Below, piece after piece: positions 8,361 to 22,822 of a stretch of 64,000 nt of DNA. The stretch spans positions 288,308 to 352,307 of the forward strand of contig CAVOXC010000011.1 in assembly GCA_963700315.1 (NCBI GenBank), written 5' to 3'. The notes below the pieces were generated by a model that was given only the letters and a program-made list of their open reading frames with translations, was not told where the DNA came from and searched no databases. This DNA comes from an uncultured Acidobacteriota bacterium (lineage in GTDB: Bacteria; Acidobacteriota; Thermoanaerobaculia; Multivoradales; JAGPDF01). The first letter of the stretch is position 1. Each line of letters begins with the position of its first letter. The position numbers and the translations under genes are program-made.

Positions 8361-10016
8361 ATGTCCACTCCGCGCCGCTGGCCCCGCCGCCTTGCCATCG
8401 CGCTCGGCGTCCTCGTGCTTCTTGTCGCCGTCGTGCTCCTCGGCGGCTGGCTCTGGCTCAAGGGTCAGATGCTCCCCTCGGGCGGTCCGCTCTCGGCGCA
8501 CCAAGCCGCTTACGACGTGCGGCGCTACGACCTCGAGATCGCGCTCGATCCGGCGACGAGGCGGCTCTCCGGCAAGGGCGTCGCGACCGTCGCGGCGACC
8601 GCTCCGCTCGAGCGCTTCGACATCCAGCTCGACGGGCGCCTGGCGGTCGCGAGCGTCGCCGTCGACGGCGCCACCGCCGGCTTCGCCCACCAGGACGGCC
8701 TGGTCAGCGTGCCGCTCGCTCCCGCCTGGCGCGCCGGCGAACGCCACGCCGTCGAGATCGTCTACGCCGGCAAGCCCAAAGTCGCCGCGCGCCCGCCCTG
8801 GATCGACGGGCTGGTCTGGCGCGAGACGCCCTCCGGCGCCCCCTGGCTCGGCGTCACCGTGCAGAGCGACGGCGCCGACGACTGGTGGCCCGCCAAGGAC
8901 CACCCCTCCGACGAGCCCGACGAGGGGCTCGCGCTCGCCCTCACCCTCCCCTCCACCCTGGTCGGCCTGTCGAACGGCAAGCAGACCGGCACGCGCGACA
9001 ACGGCGACGGCACCACGACGACCTTCTGGGAGGTCTCCTACCCGATCAACAACTACCTCGTCACCTTCAACGCCGCGCCCTACCTGCCGGTCGAGGCGAT
9101 CTACCGGGGAATCGACGGCGACCTCGAAGTGCCGATCCTCTTCTGGACGATCCCCGAGCACCTCGAGCAGGCGCGCGAGCTCTGGAAGTGGGCGCCCAAG
9201 ATGCTCACCGTGCTCGGCCGCCGCTTCGGCGAGTACCCCTTCCTCGACGACAAGTTCTGGGTCGCCGAGGCGCCCTATCTCGGCATGGAGCACCAGACGC
9301 TGATCGCATACGGCGCCAAGTTCGAGATGAACCGCTTCGACTTCGACTGGCTGCTGCTGCACGAAACCGCGCACGAGTGGTGGGGCAACAAGATCTCGGT
9401 CGCCGACTGGGCCGATTTCTGGATCCAGGAAGGCTTCGCCGTCTACGCCGAGGCCGTCTACGTGCTCGATACCGCGGGCGACGAGCGCTACCTCGAGTAC
9501 ATGCGCCAAGTGATGCGGCGCATCCGCAACCGGGAGCCGATCGTCGCCGGCCGGGACCTGACGGCCGCCAAGGCCTACAAGGGAGACATCTATCCGAAGG
9601 GCGCGGCCACGCTCCACTCGCTCAAGTGGCTCCTCGGCGACGACGCCTTCTTCGATCTGCTCTACCGCTTCGCCAACGATCCGCGCTTCGCCTACAAGAC
9701 GGTCTCGACCGCCGACTTCGAGCGGCTGGTCGGCGAGGTGACCGGCACCGCGGTTCCCTGGTTCTTCGATCTCTACCTGCGCCGCGCCGCGCCGCCGCGC
9801 TGGACGCTCGCGCGCGCGCCCGCGAGCGCCGGCCTGGAACGAATCGACTTCGCCTGGGACGACCCCGCCTTCCAGCTGCCACTGCCGGTCGCGGTGGCGG
9901 GCGAGGCCCGACGCGTGCCGATGCCGCGCGGCCACGGCTCGATCGAGGTCGCCGCCGGCGCCGAGGTCGAGGTCGATCCCGACGGCCGGATCTACGCCAA
10001 GCCCGCCGCGGAGTAG
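8361..10016 (+). CDS. M1-family zinc metallopeptidase (aminopeptidase N-like), N-terminal membrane anchor
   Basis: HETAHEWWGN-x-WIQEGFAVY gives HExxH-x18-E. A GxMEN-like YLGMEHQT motif lies upstream. The N-terminal hydrophobic segment is LAIALGVLVLLVAVVLLGGWLWL. Confidence 0.85.
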   Translation: MSTPRRWPRRLAIALGVLVLLVAVVLLGGWLWLKGQMLPSGGPLSAHQAAYDVRRYDLEIALDPATRRLSGKGVATVAATAPLERFDIQLDGRLAVASVAVDGATAGFAHQDGLVSVPLAPAWRAGERHAVEIVYAGKPKVAARPPWIDGLVWRETPSGAPWLGVTVQSDGADDWWPAKDHPSDEPDEGLALALTLPSTLVGLSNGKQTGTRDNGDGTTTTFWEVSYPINNYLVTFNAAPYLPVEAIYRGIDGDLEVPILFWTIPEHLEQARELWKWAPKMLTVLGRRFGEYPFLDDKFWVAEAPYLGMEHQTLIAYGAKFEMNRFDFDWLLLHETAHEWWGNKISVADWADFWIQEGFAVYAEAVYVLDTAGDERYLEYMRQVMRRIRNREPIVAGRDLTAAKAYKGDIYPKGAATLHSLKWLLGDDAFFDLLYRFANDPRFAYKTVSTADFERLVGEVTGTAVPWFFDLYLRRAAPPRWTLARAPASAGLERIDFAWDDPAFQLPLPVAVAGEARRVPMPRGHGSIEVAAGAEVEVDPDGRIYAKPAAE

Positions 10017-10032
10017 GTCCGCCGCTGCCGGC

Positions 10033-11028
10033 TCAGCGCTCGATCGGTCGGTCCTCGGCGCCGACGACCCGCAGCAGTCCCTCGAGACGCTCGCCCGCGC
10101 CCGCTTCGGCGCCCGGACCGAGAATCGCACCTCGCAGCGTCGCGCCCGCGCCCACCCGGGCGCCGGGCAGGACCAGCGTGTCGCGCAGACGCGCGCTCGC
10201 GCCGACCGCGGCGCCACTCTCGACGACCACGCGCGCAAGCTTGGCGGTCGGGTCGACAGCGGCTCTCGGCAGGATGCGCGCGCCCCGCGCCGGGAGCCGC
10301 TCGAGGGCCCAGTCGAGAGCGCCTTCGAGGTAGCGCGCGGGAGTGCCGAGGTCGTGCCAGGCCCGCGTGGTCTCGACTGCGGTGAGCGCTTCGCCTGCGG
10401 CGAGCAGCGGCTCGTAGAGCGCGGAGACGATCTCGGACGGCCCCGCGGGCAGGCGGGCGAGCAGCCCCGGAGCGAGCGCCGCCGCGCCGGCGAAGACTCG
10501 CTTCGTGCGGGCGGCGCTCCAGGCGAGGGCGCCCCGGCGGAAGGCGACGATCCGGCCCCGCTCGAGCGCGACGCCACCACCGAAGAAGCTCGGGTCGACA
10601 GTGCGGTGGCAGAGCAGCGTCGCGACGGCGCCGCGACGGCGCTCGCGCCAGTGCTGATCGAGCAGGCGCGCGAGCGGCCAACGGCAGAGGCTGTCGCCGT
10701 TGACGAGCAGGACGATGTCGGCCGCGGCGAAGAACTCCGCGAGGGGCGGCAGCGCGCCGCCGGTCCCCAGCAGCTCCGGTTCCTCCGAGTAGGTGAGCGG
10801 CAGGCCACGGAAGCTCGCGCCGAGCGCCGCACGAATGCGCTCGCCACGGTGGTGGAGGTTGAGCGCCACCCCCTCGACGCCGGCGCGCCGGAGCCGCTCG
10901 AGCGACCACGCGACGAGCGGGCGCCCGGCGACTGGCAGCAGGGGTTTCGGCAGCTCTTCGGTCAGCGGCAGCAGCCGCTCGCCGCGCCCCGCCGCGAGCA
11001 CCAGCGCGCGCACGCGGGGGGGCGCCAT
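10033..11028 (-). CDS. Sugar-phosphate nucleotidyltransferase with C-terminal left-handed beta-helix
   Basis: N-terminus ALVLAAGRGERLLPLTEELPKPLLPVAGRPLV is the NTP-transferase signature. The C-terminus has hexapeptide-like repeats. Confidence 0.75.
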   Translation of the reverse strand: MAPPRVRALVLAAGRGERLLPLTEELPKPLLPVAGRPLVAWSLERLRRAGVEGVALNLHHRGERIRAALGASFRGLPLTYSEEPELLGTGGALPPLAEFFAAADIVLLVNGDSLCRWPLARLLDQHWRERRRGAVATLLCHRTVDPSFFGGGVALERGRIVAFRRGALAWSAARTKRVFAGAAALAPGLLARLPAGPSEIVSALYEPLLAAGEALTAVETTRAWHDLGTPARYLEGALDWALERLPARGARILPRAAVDPTAKLARVVVESGAAVGASARLRDTLVLPGARVGAGATLRGAILGPGAEAGAGERLEGLLRVVGAEDRPIER

Positions 11029-11035
11029 GGTCCCG

Positions 11036-11605
11036 CTACTCCTCGTCGCGGAAGATCATGTCGCGCGGCGCGTCCGGGTGCTCGGCAATGTAGTCCTCAT
11101 AGAGCATCAGGTAGGACTTGCGCACCGCTGTCGCCGGGTCGAAGCCGCAGCGCTTGGCGACCGCCTCGGCCTTCTCCCCCTCGAACTCGACGAAATCGCC
11201 GATCGGTGTGTGGTCGAGGCAGATCGTCTCGGCGCCGAGGCGCCATTCCTCGCGGATCTTCTGGTAGCGCCGCTCGATCTCGTAGCCGAGGGCGCGGAAG
11301 AGCTCGAGCGCGCGCTCGGCGCCCTCGACCCGCATCTCGAGCTCGGCGCGCAGCTTGGCCGCGCCGTCGAAGCTCGCCGGGCCCTTGAACGTGACGACGG
11401 CGTTACGGCCATCCTGGCGGACGCGCAGCACCGACTCGCGCTTGCCGAGCTCGGCCTTGCGGTCGAGCAGCCAATTGTCCTCGTCGGCCGGCGGGCCGAC
11501 CCGCTCGGCCTCGAGCTCGAGCAGGCGGCCGCGCAAAGTGTCGAGATCGACCCCGGCGAACTTGAGCTCACGCTCGATCGCAGGTTTCTTGGGTGACGCT
11601 TTCAC
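11036..11605 (-). CDS. CYTH-domain protein (class IV adenylyl cyclase / triphosphatase family)
   Basis: N-terminal ExExK motif (IERELKF) and a size of ~190 aa. Alternating charged beta-strand pattern VLRVRQDGRNAVVTFKG...ELEMRVE...EIERRYQKIREEWRL. Confidence 0.7.
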   Translation of the reverse strand: MKASPKKPAIERELKFAGVDLDTLRGRLLELEAERVGPPADEDNWLLDRKAELGKRESVLRVRQDGRNAVVTFKGPASFDGAAKLRAELEMRVEGAERALELFRALGYEIERRYQKIREEWRLGAETICLDHTPIGDFVEFEGEKAEAVAKRCGFDPATAVRKSYLMLYEDYIAEHPDAPRDMIFRDEE

Positions 11606-12988
11606 TCAGGCACCGAGCCGATCGAACAGGCGGACGACAGCGCGCGCGCCATCGTGAAAGTTGACGAGATCGAACTTCTCGTTGGGCGAATGCAGACCGT
11701 CGTCCTCGAGACCGAAGCCCATGAGCAGGACCGGCACCTCGAGCACGTCCGCGAAGGTGCCGACGATCGGAATCGATCCGCCGGTGCGGATCCGCACCGC
11801 CTTGGTCCCCCAGACATCCTCCATCGCCGCGAGCGCCGTCTCGGCGATCTCGCCGGTGGCGTCGACGGTGATCGGCTCGGCGCCGTGGAGCGCTTCGACG
11901 CTGACAGTGACTCCGGGCGGCGCGACCTTGGCGACGTGCGCCTTGACGAGCTCGGCGATTCTCGCCGGGCTCTGGCCGGCGACCAGGCGGAAGGAGACCT
12001 TGCAGCCGGCGGCGGCGGGCAGCACGGTCTTCGCCCCACGCCCCTGATAGCCGCTCCAGAGGCCGTTGACGTCGCAAGTCGGCCGCGCCCAGGTGCGTTC
12101 GACGTAGCTGTAGCCGGCCTCCCCGGCGAGCGCCGGCACCTTGAGGTCGGCACGGGTCTCCTCCTCATCCCAACCGAGCGCGGCGAACTCCTGGCGCTCC
12201 CAGTCGGCGAGCGGCTCGACGTCGGCGTAGAAGCCGTCGACCAGGATTCGCCCGCTCTTCGGGTCGCGCAACGACGCGACGATGGTCGCGAGCGCGTTGC
12301 CTGGATTCTCGACGCCGCCCCCGAAGACGCCCGAGTGCAGGTCCCGGTTGGGCCCCTGGACGCGGATCTCGAAGTAGGCGAGGCCTTTGAGGCCATAGGT
12401 GAGCGCCGGCACGCCGGGCGCCCACATCGAGGTGTCGGAGACGACCACGCAGTCGCAACCGAGCTTCTTGCCACGGTCGGCGCGGACGTAGCTGTCGATC
12501 GAGACGCCGCCCGACTCCTCCTCGCCTTCGATCAGGAACTTGACGTTGACCGGGAGCTTGCCGCGCTCGGCCAGCATCGCGGCGACCGCGACGACGTGGG
12601 CATAGCTCTGCCCCTTGTCGTCGGTGGCGCCGCGGGCGACCAGCCGCCCCTCCTCGATCGTCGGCTCGAACGGCGGGTTGCGCCATTCGTCGAGCGGATC
12701 GGGGGGTTGGACGTCGTAGTGGCCATAGACGAGCACTGTCGGCTTGTCGGGGCCGGCGCCGGTCCACTCGGCGTAGACCAGCGGGTGGCCCTCGGTCGCG
12801 AGCTTCTCGGTCGCGAGCCCGGCCTCGCCGAGGCGGGCGAGCAGCCAGTCGGCGGCGCGACCGACCTCCTTCGCATAGGCCGGGTCGGTCGAAATCGAGG
12901 GAATCCGCAGGAAATCGCAAAGGTCGGCAACGGCCTTGGCGCGGCCGCGCTCGAGCCGCGCGAAAACATCTTGGGAATCGGCAGTCAT
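11606..12988 (-). CDS. M20-family dipeptidase (ArgE/DapE/CPG2-like)
   Basis: YGHYDVQPPDPLDEWRNPPFEPTIEEGRLVARGATDDKGQ and FLIEGEEESGG are classic M20 metal-ligand motifs. Confidence 0.85.
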   Translation of the reverse strand: MTADSQDVFARLERGRAKAVADLCDFLRIPSISTDPAYAKEVGRAADWLLARLGEAGLATEKLATEGHPLVYAEWTGAGPDKPTVLVYGHYDVQPPDPLDEWRNPPFEPTIEEGRLVARGATDDKGQSYAHVVAVAAMLAERGKLPVNVKFLIEGEEESGGVSIDSYVRADRGKKLGCDCVVVSDTSMWAPGVPALTYGLKGLAYFEIRVQGPNRDLHSGVFGGGVENPGNALATIVASLRDPKSGRILVDGFYADVEPLADWERQEFAALGWDEEETRADLKVPALAGEAGYSYVERTWARPTCDVNGLWSGYQGRGAKTVLPAAAGCKVSFRLVAGQSPARIAELVKAHVAKVAPPGVTVSVEALHGAEPITVDATGEIAETALAAMEDVWGTKAVRIRTGGSIPIVGTFADVLEVPVLLMGFGLEDDGLHSPNEKFDLVNFHDGARAVVRLFDRLGA

Positions 12989-13109
12989 GGAGTGTCCTCG
13001 GAGTGTGATCCCCGCTCAGCGGGGACGCGCAGTCTAGCAAAGTGGGGCGGCCGGGCGGCCGTCGCGACCGCTTCGGTCACCCGCCGCGGGACGCTGGCCG
13101 GGGCCCGGG

Positions 13110-13772
13110 TCAGGTGCTCGGGTCGGCAGCTGCGGTAGCGGCCCGGGCCGAGCGGAGCATCGCGAGGAACTCTTCGCGCGCGGCAGCGAGCGTCGCGGCC
13201 GGTCCGGTCGCCTTGAAGAACCAGGGGCCCCCGGCGCCCTCGATCACCGCGCCGACGAGCTTCGAGTCGGGCTCGGGCTCGCTGGGGCCGCCCATGCCGG
13301 TCGGCAGCAGCGTGCCCGAGACATCGATCCAGGTGACGCGGAGGGGACCGGCCTCGAAGGCGCCGCGCTCCGGCTCGACGCCCGCCGCGACCTCGACCTG
13401 CCCTACCCAGCGCTCGAGGTTGGCCTCGACCGATCCGCCGCCGCCGGCGCCGAAGTGGAAGACCGAGAGCAGCGCCGGGCCCGCTTCGCCCGGAATCTCG
13501 GCCTGGGCGATCCGCATCGCCGAGTTCGGTGCCTGGCGCACCCAGCGTTCGGGCAGGTCGAAAGCGACGCCGAGCGCCTCGACCCGTCGCCCCTCGGGCG
13601 CCGGTGCCAACTCTCCGGCGCCCCCGTGGGGGGAGAGCATTCCGGGCGATCCGCCGGGCGCGGGGGCGGCCGGCCCGGGCGTGGCGACGGCGAGCGCGGG
13701 GGGTTCCGAAGAGCCGCCACAGGCGACGGCGACGAGCAGTGCGGCGGCTAGGGCGAGCGGTCGTCGGATCAT
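13110..13772 (-). CDS. Hypothetical lipoprotein
   Basis: Signal peptide with lipobox MIRRPLALAAALLVAVAC, followed by a Pro/Gly-rich linker. I recognise no domain. Confidence 0.55.
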   Translation of the reverse strand: MIRRPLALAAALLVAVACGGSSEPPALAVATPGPAAPAPGGSPGMLSPHGGAGELAPAPEGRRVEALGVAFDLPERWVRQAPNSAMRIAQAEIPGEAGPALLSVFHFGAGGGGSVEANLERWVGQVEVAAGVEPERGAFEAGPLRVTWIDVSGTLLPTGMGGPSEPEPDSKLVGAVIEGAGGPWFFKATGPAATLAAAREEFLAMLRSARAATAAADPST

Positions 13773-13816
13773 GGGTTGATGCTATACGCCCGCGCTCCCG
13801 ACCGCCGGCGCCGGGC

Positions 13817-15400
13817 TCAAGCGGCCTCCTTGACGGCCTGGATGATGTCCTGGATCGCCTTCTTGCCGTCCGCGAAGAACATCAGCGTGTTGTCCGCGGC
13901 GAAGAGCGGATTGGGGATGCCGGCGAAGCCGGGCGCGAGGCTCCGCTTGATCACGATCACCGTGCGCGCCTTGTCGACGTCGATGATCGGCATGCCGGCG
14001 ATCGGGCTCTGCGGGTCGGTGCGCGCCACCGGATTGACCACGTCGTTGGCGCCGAGAACGATCGCCACGTCGATCTGCTGCATCTCGCCGTTGATGTCGT
14101 CCATCTCCCGCAGCTTCTCGTACGGCACGTTCGCCTCGGCCAGCAGCACGTTCATGTGCCCCGGCATCCGCCCGGCGACAGGGTGGACGGCGAACTCGAC
14201 GTTGACGCCCTTCTCCTCGAGCAGCTGCGAGAGCTGACGGACGGTGTGCTGCGCCTGCGCCACGGCCATGCCGTAACCCGGCACCACGACCACGCGCTGG
14301 ACGCCATCGAGCATCATGGCGATCTCCTCGGGCGAGGTCGCCTTGACCGTCCTGTAGACCTCCTCGGCGTCCGGGGTCGAGCCGGTCGGGCCCATCGTGC
14401 CGAAGAGCACGTTGGCGAGCGAGCGGTTCATCGCCTTGCACATGATCTTGGTGAGGATGATGCCGGAAGCACCGACAAGCGAGCCCGAGACGATCAGCAC
14501 GGTGTTGTCGATGACGAAGCCCGTGGACGCGGCGGCGAGGCCGGAGTAGGAGTTCAGGAGAGCGATCACCACCGGCATGTCGGCGCCGCCGATCGAGATC
14601 GTCAAGATCACACCGAGCACGCCCGCCACCCCGACCAGCAGCCAGAAGAGCAGGAAGTTGCCCGGGTCGAGCACGACGGCTACGCCCAGCGCGACGCTGC
14701 CGAGCGCCGAGAGCGCCTTGAAGATGTCCATGCCCGGGAAGCGGTCTTTCTTGATCAGCAGGATCCCGGCGATGGCGAGCGTCGAAACGACGATGCCCGC
14801 CGCCAGGGCGCGATCGCTGCCGGCGGTCTCGGCGTCGAGTATTCCCGCGCGCCAGGCGTAGACCAGCCCGCCGGCGAGCGTGACCAGCGAGAAGCCATAC
14901 TTCAGGACCTTCTGGCCCGTACGCAGCTTCCACTTGACGGCGAGGAACTCGGCGAGCTTGCCGAACGCCACCCAGCTGCCGAAGAAGGTGACGGAGCCGA
15001 TCAGGCCCGAGAGGACCGTGGCGACTTTCATCTGCATGCCGGCCGCTTCGCCACGCGCCTGGAGCGCGAGGTAGGCCTCGATCAGCGCGGCGCCGGCGAC
15101 GAGCACCGAAGCCGCGCCGCCGAAGCCGTTGAACAGACCGACCATCTCCGGCATCGAGGTCATCTGCACGCGTACGGCGGCGACGTAGCCGACCAGGGCG
15201 CCGACCGCGACGCCGCCCAGGATGTAGGTCCAGTCGAGCGGCTGGCCGATCAGGGTGGCGGCGATCGCGATCGCCATGCCGAGGGCGCCGATGTAGTTGC
15301 CGCGCACGGCGGTGCGCGGATGGGCCATCCACTTCAGATCGAGGATGAAAAGGACGGCCGCGATGAGATACGCGATGTTGCGCAGATCGTCGACGTGCAT
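13817..15400 (-). CDS. pntB: NAD(P) transhydrogenase subunit beta
   Basis: Multi-TM N-terminal half and a C-terminal dIII domain: VVVPGYGMAVAQAQH...GRMPGHMNVLLAEA...LGANDVVNP. Confidence 0.9.
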   Translation of the reverse strand: MHVDDLRNIAYLIAAVLFILDLKWMAHPRTAVRGNYIGALGMAIAIAATLIGQPLDWTYILGGVAVGALVGYVAAVRVQMTSMPEMVGLFNGFGGAASVLVAGAALIEAYLALQARGEAAGMQMKVATVLSGLIGSVTFFGSWVAFGKLAEFLAVKWKLRTGQKVLKYGFSLVTLAGGLVYAWRAGILDAETAGSDRALAAGIVVSTLAIAGILLIKKDRFPGMDIFKALSALGSVALGVAVVLDPGNFLLFWLLVGVAGVLGVILTISIGGADMPVVIALLNSYSGLAAASTGFVIDNTVLIVSGSLVGASGIILTKIMCKAMNRSLANVLFGTMGPTGSTPDAEEVYRTVKATSPEEIAMMLDGVQRVVVVPGYGMAVAQAQHTVRQLSQLLEEKGVNVEFAVHPVAGRMPGHMNVLLAEANVPYEKLREMDDINGEMQQIDVAIVLGANDVVNPVARTDPQSPIAGMPIIDVDKARTVIVIKRSLAPGFAGIPNPLFAADNTLMFFADGKKAIQDIIQAVKEAA

Positions 15401-15411
15401 GGCCGCTCCCC

Positions 15412-15696
15412 TCAGTCCTTCTTTCGGAACATCTGGAGCATGCGGTGCGTGACGACGAAGCCGCCGACCACGTTGATCGTGGCGAAGGCGACGGCGAAGC
15501 CCGCGATCATCTGGGCCGCGCGCGAGTCGGTGAGCGTGCCGGCGAGAATCAGAGCGCCGATCAACGTGATCCCCGAGATCGCGTTCGAGCCCGACATGAG
15601 CGGGGTGTGCAGGGTCGGAGGCACCTTGGTGATGACCTCGAACCCGATGAAGATGGCCAGTACGAAGACTGTCAGCAGTGCGACGAAACCCATCAT
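15412..15696 (-). CDS. pntAB: NAD(P) transhydrogenase subunit alpha part 2 (membrane dII piece)
   Basis: A 94-aa, 3-TM protein: FIGFEVITKVPPTLHTPLMSGSNAISGITLIGAL. It lies immediately upstream of pntB. Confidence 0.85.
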   Translation of the reverse strand: MMGFVALLTVFVLAIFIGFEVITKVPPTLHTPLMSGSNAISGITLIGALILAGTLTDSRAAQMIAGFAVAFATINVVGGFVVTHRMLQMFRKKD

Positions 15697-15819
15697 CCCT
15701 CCGGTTTGCCGGGACGGCGCGAGAGTGTGGCCCCGGAGCGCGCGCGACGCCGCTCGACGCGGCCCGCGCGGGAAGCTACCACAGGGGTTGCGGGCGCTCG
15801 CCGCCCGCCGGGGCGGGGG

Positions 15820-18318
15820 TCAGTGGATGGTGCCCTGCGGCTCCTCGGCGATCTCGCTCTCGGCCTCGTCGTCGCGCTCGAGGACCTTGGCGATCGCGAC
15901 CAGGTGGTCCTCCGGGTCGAGTCCGATCAGCTTGACGCCCTGGGTCGAGCGGCCGATCTCGCGGATGCCGTCAACGGCGGTGCGAATGATCATGCCGTCG
16001 TGGGTGATCAGCATGACCTGGTCGCCCGGCAGCACCTGGGCGACGCCGACGACCTTGCCGGTCTTCGCCGACACCTTGAGGTTGATCACCCCCTGGCCGC
16101 CACGACCCTGCTCGCGGTACTCGGCGATCGGCGTGCGCTTGCCGATGCCGCGGGCCGCGGCGGTCAGGAGCGCCCCCTCGCGCTCGAGCGCCTCGAGACC
16201 GACGACGCGGTCCCCTTTGCGCAACCTGATCCCGCGCACACCCGCGGTGGCCCGGCCCATCGGCCGGCAGTCGCTCTCCGGGAAGCGGATCGACTTGCCC
16301 TCGAGGGTCGCGAGGAAGATGTGCTTCTCGCCGTCGGTGACCCGAACCGAGAGCAGCCGGTCCTTGTCGGCGAGGTTGATCGCGATGATGCCGCCCGCGC
16401 GCGGGTTGCCGTACTCGGCGAGCGCGGTCTTCTTGATCTTCCCCTTCTCGGTCGCGAACACGAGGTAGCGGTCGGCCGGAAAGTCACGCACGGCGATGGT
16501 GGTCGCAATCCGCTCGTCGGCGTCGAGGTTGAGCAGGTTGACGATCGCCTTGCCCTTGGCGGCGGGACCGGCCTGCGGGATCTCGTGCACCTTGACCCAG
16601 TAGACCCGGCCGCTCTTCTGGGTGAAGACCAGCAGGTAGCTGTGGGCGGAAGCGACGAACAGGTGCTCGATGAAGTCGCCATCCTTGGTGGTCATGCCGG
16701 TGCGCCCCTTGCCGCCGCGGATCTGCGCCCGGTAGAGCGACAGCGGCGAGCGCTTGACGTAGCCCGAGGAGGTCACCGTGATCACCATGTCCTCGTCGGC
16801 GATCATGTCCTCGATCGTGATCTCGTGGGTCTCGGGGATGATCTCGGTGCGCCGGGCGTCGCCGTAGCGCTCCTTGATCTCGAGCAACTCCTTGCGGATC
16901 TCATCGAGCACCAGCTGGTCGGAGCCCAGAATCGCGCGCAGGCGGTTGATTTCCTGCAGCAGCTCCGAGAACTCGTCGACGATCTTCTGGCGCTCGAGCC
17001 CGGTCAGCCGCTGCAGGCGCATGTCGAGGATCGCCTCGGCCTGCACCTGGGTGAAGCCGAAGCGCTGCATCAGGCGCTCCTTGGCCTCGGGCGGCGTCTG
17101 GCTGGCGCGGATGGTCGTGATCACCTCGTCGAGGTGGTCGAGAGCCTTGAGCAGGCCTTCGAGGATGTGGGCGCGCTCCTCGGCCTTGCGCAGGTCGTAG
17201 CGGGTGCGCCGGATCACCACGGTCTTCCGGTGATCGAGGAAGTGGCCGAGCGCCTCCTTGAGCTTCAGGACCTTGGGCTGGTTGTCGACGATGGCGAGCA
17301 GGATGATGCCGAAGGTCGACTGCATCTGGGTCAGCTTGTAGAGCTGATTGAGGACGATCTCCGGCATCTCGCCGCGCTTGACCTCGATGACGATGCGGAT
17401 GCCGTCGCGATCGCTCTCGTCGCGCAGATCCGAGATGCCGTCGATGCGCTTGTCGCGCACGAGGTCGGCGATCTTCTCGATCAGCCGCGCTTTGTTGACC
17501 TGGTAGGGGATCTCGGTGACGATGATCGCCTGCTTCTCGCCGCGGCGCTGGGTTTCGATGGCGGCGCGCGCGCGCATCTGAATGATCCCGCGCCCGGTCG
17601 AGTAGGCCTGGCGGATCCCCTGCAGGCCATGGATGAAGCCGGCGGTCGGAAAATCGGGGCCGGGCAGCACCGCCATCAACTTCTCGAGCGGCGTCTCGGC
17701 GTCGTCGATCAGCAGGCAGAGCGCGTCGCAGACCTCGCCCAGGTTGTGGGGCGGGATGTTGGTCGCCATGCCGACGGCGATACCGCCGGAGCCGTTGACC
17801 AGGAGGTTGGGGACTTTCGACGGCAGCACGACCGGCTCGGTCTCGGTGCCGTCGTAGTTCGGCACCCAGTCGACGGTCTCCCTGCCGATCTCGTCCTTGA
17901 TCATCTCCTCGGCGAGCTTCGCCAGGCGCACCTCGGTGTAGCGCATCGCCGCGGGGTTGTCGCCGTCGATCGAGCCGAAGTTGCCCTGGCCGTCGACCAG
18001 CGTGTAGCGCATCGAGAAGGGCTGCGCCAGGCGCACGACGGTGTCGTAGATCGCCGAGTCGCCGTGCGGGTGGTACTTGCCCATGACGTCGCCGACGATG
18101 CGCGCCGATTTCTTGTACGGCTTGTTCGAAGTGTTGCCCGCATCGAACATGCCGTAGAGCACGCGCCGGTGCACCGGCTTCAACCCGTCGCGCACGTCCG
18201 GCAACGCCCGCCCGATGATCACGCTCATCGCGTAATCGAGATAACTCCGCTTCATCTCCTCTTCGATATCGACCACAATCGGCCGATCGAAGGGCAACAT
18301 CGTGTTCTGGTCGGTCAT
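15820..18318 (-). CDS. gyrA: DNA gyrase subunit A
   Basis: [27 protein letters not shown] and the active-site region [10 protein letters not shown], plus C-terminal beta-pinwheel repeats. Confidence 0.97.
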   Translation of the reverse strand: MTDQNTMLPFDRPIVVDIEEEMKRSYLDYAMSVIIGRALPDVRDGLKPVHRRVLYGMFDAGNTSNKPYKKSARIVGDVMGKYHPHGDSAIYDTVVRLAQPFSMRYTLVDGQGNFGSIDGDNPAAMRYTEVRLAKLAEEMIKDEIGRETVDWVPNYDGTETEPVVLPSKVPNLLVNGSGGIAVGMATNIPPHNLGEVCDALCLLIDDAETPLEKLMAVLPGPDFPTAGFIHGLQGIRQAYSTGRGIIQMRARAAIETQRRGEKQAIIVTEIPYQVNKARLIEKIADLVRDKRIDGISDLRDESDRDGIRIVIEVKRGEMPEIVLNQLYKLTQMQSTFGIILLAIVDNQPKVLKLKEALGHFLDHRKTVVIRRTRYDLRKAEERAHILEGLLKALDHLDEVITTIRASQTPPEAKERLMQRFGFTQVQAEAILDMRLQRLTGLERQKIVDEFSELLQEINRLRAILGSDQLVLDEIRKELLEIKERYGDARRTEIIPETHEITIEDMIADEDMVITVTSSGYVKRSPLSLYRAQIRGGKGRTGMTTKDGDFIEHLFVASAHSYLLVFTQKSGRVYWVKVHEIPQAGPAAKGKAIVNLLNLDADERIATTIAVRDFPADRYLVFATEKGKIKKTALAEYGNPRAGGIIAINLADKDRLLSVRVTDGEKHIFLATLEGKSIRFPESDCRPMGRATAGVRGIRLRKGDRVVGLEALEREGALLTAAARGIGKRTPIAEYREQGRGGQGVINLKVSAKTGKVVGVAQVLPGDQVMLITHDGMIIRTAVDGIREIGRSTQGVKLIGLDPEDHLVAIAKVLERDDEAESEIAEEPQGTIH

Positions 18319-18340
18319 TTCGGCTGTCGTTCTCCGGAGA

Positions 18341-18517
18341 TCAGACGTCGAGGTTGCGGACGTTGAGGGCGTTGGTTTCGATGAACTCGCGGCGGGGTTG
18401 CACCACGTCGCCCATCAGGATGGTGGTGATGTTGTTGGCTTCGACCTCGTCCTGGACCTTGACCTGGAGCAAGCGGCGCTTGGTGGTCCCTTTTGTGGTC
18501 TCCCAAGACTGCTCGGC
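18341..18517 (-). pseudogene. Orphan duplicate of the gyrB 3' end (last ~58 codons plus stop)
   Basis: A 177-nt direct repeat of 19053-19229, with about 22 mismatches by hand alignment. It encodes ...[47 protein letters not shown] and lies 22 nt upstream of gyrA. Confidence 0.85.
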
Positions 18518-18537
18518 AAGCCTGCAGGCTGGGCGCG

Positions 18538-18822
18538 TCATGGTTCGGCGACCTCGGAGGCGTGGCGGCCGCGGGGGGCGGGGGCGCCGCGGAGGAGGCC
18601 TTCGGTCGAGAGGTCTTCGTCGACCTCCGGCCAGTGGATGCCGTAGCCCGCGCCGGCGAGCTCCCAGCGCGCGCGCTGTTCCGGGGTCGCTTGGAAGAGG
18701 CGCGGATACCAGGAGAGCGGCACGCTGATCGTGCGGCCGTCCATCAGGTCGACGATCAGGGAGTCCGCGTCGAAGCGCACGTTGCGCACCCGTTCGTCAG
18801 CGCTGGTAGCCAAAATACCCAT
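18538..18822 (-). CDS. DUF2442-family small protein
   Basis: [61 protein letters not shown] matches the DUF2442 pattern as I remember it. It overlaps the upstream DUF4160 gene by 26 nt. Confidence 0.7.
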   Translation of the reverse strand: MGILATSADERVRNVRFDADSLIVDLMDGRTISVPLSWYPRLFQATPEQRARWELAGAGYGIHWPEVDEDLSTEGLLRGAPAPRGRHASEVAEP

Positions 18823-19039
18823 GCCAGGCCTCCATCAGTTCCTCTCGCCGGCCCTCGACCAGCCGACCGATCTCGTTGAGCTCGTGCGCCGAGAAGCCGC
18901 GGTTCGCCGCGAGCCCCACCGGCGAGAGCCAGAACTTCGCCGAGAAGCGCTCGCGGTCGACGTGGACGTGCGGCGGCTCCGTTCCCTCGTGGCTGTAGAA
19001 GAAGATCCGGTACGGACCACTCCGCAGAAGCGTCGGCAT
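18797..19039 (-). CDS. DUF4160-family small protein
   Basis: MPTLLRSGPYRIFFYSHEGTEPPHVHVDRE...[24 protein letters not shown] shows the typical N-terminal MP..., the PPHxH core and the C-terminal helix of DUF4160. It starts 13 nt after the gyrB stop. Confidence 0.7.
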   Translation of the reverse strand: MPTLLRSGPYRIFFYSHEGTEPPHVHVDRERFSAKFWLSPVGLAANRGFSAHELNEIGRLVEGRREELMEAWHGYFGYQR

Positions 19040-19052
19040 GTTGGCCCGCCCA

Positions 19053-22822
<3,770 letters not shown>

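Noticed and set aside
7527-10847. 1106-aa minus-strand ORF, the longest in the track
   Set aside because: Only its last 235 codons (7527-8234) look like a real protein, a HAD phosphatase. The rest is Arg/Ala/Pro-rich and runs antisense to the well-supported M1 peptidase (8361-10016) and out of frame through the nucleotidyltransferase gene. It is a high-GC shadow ORF.
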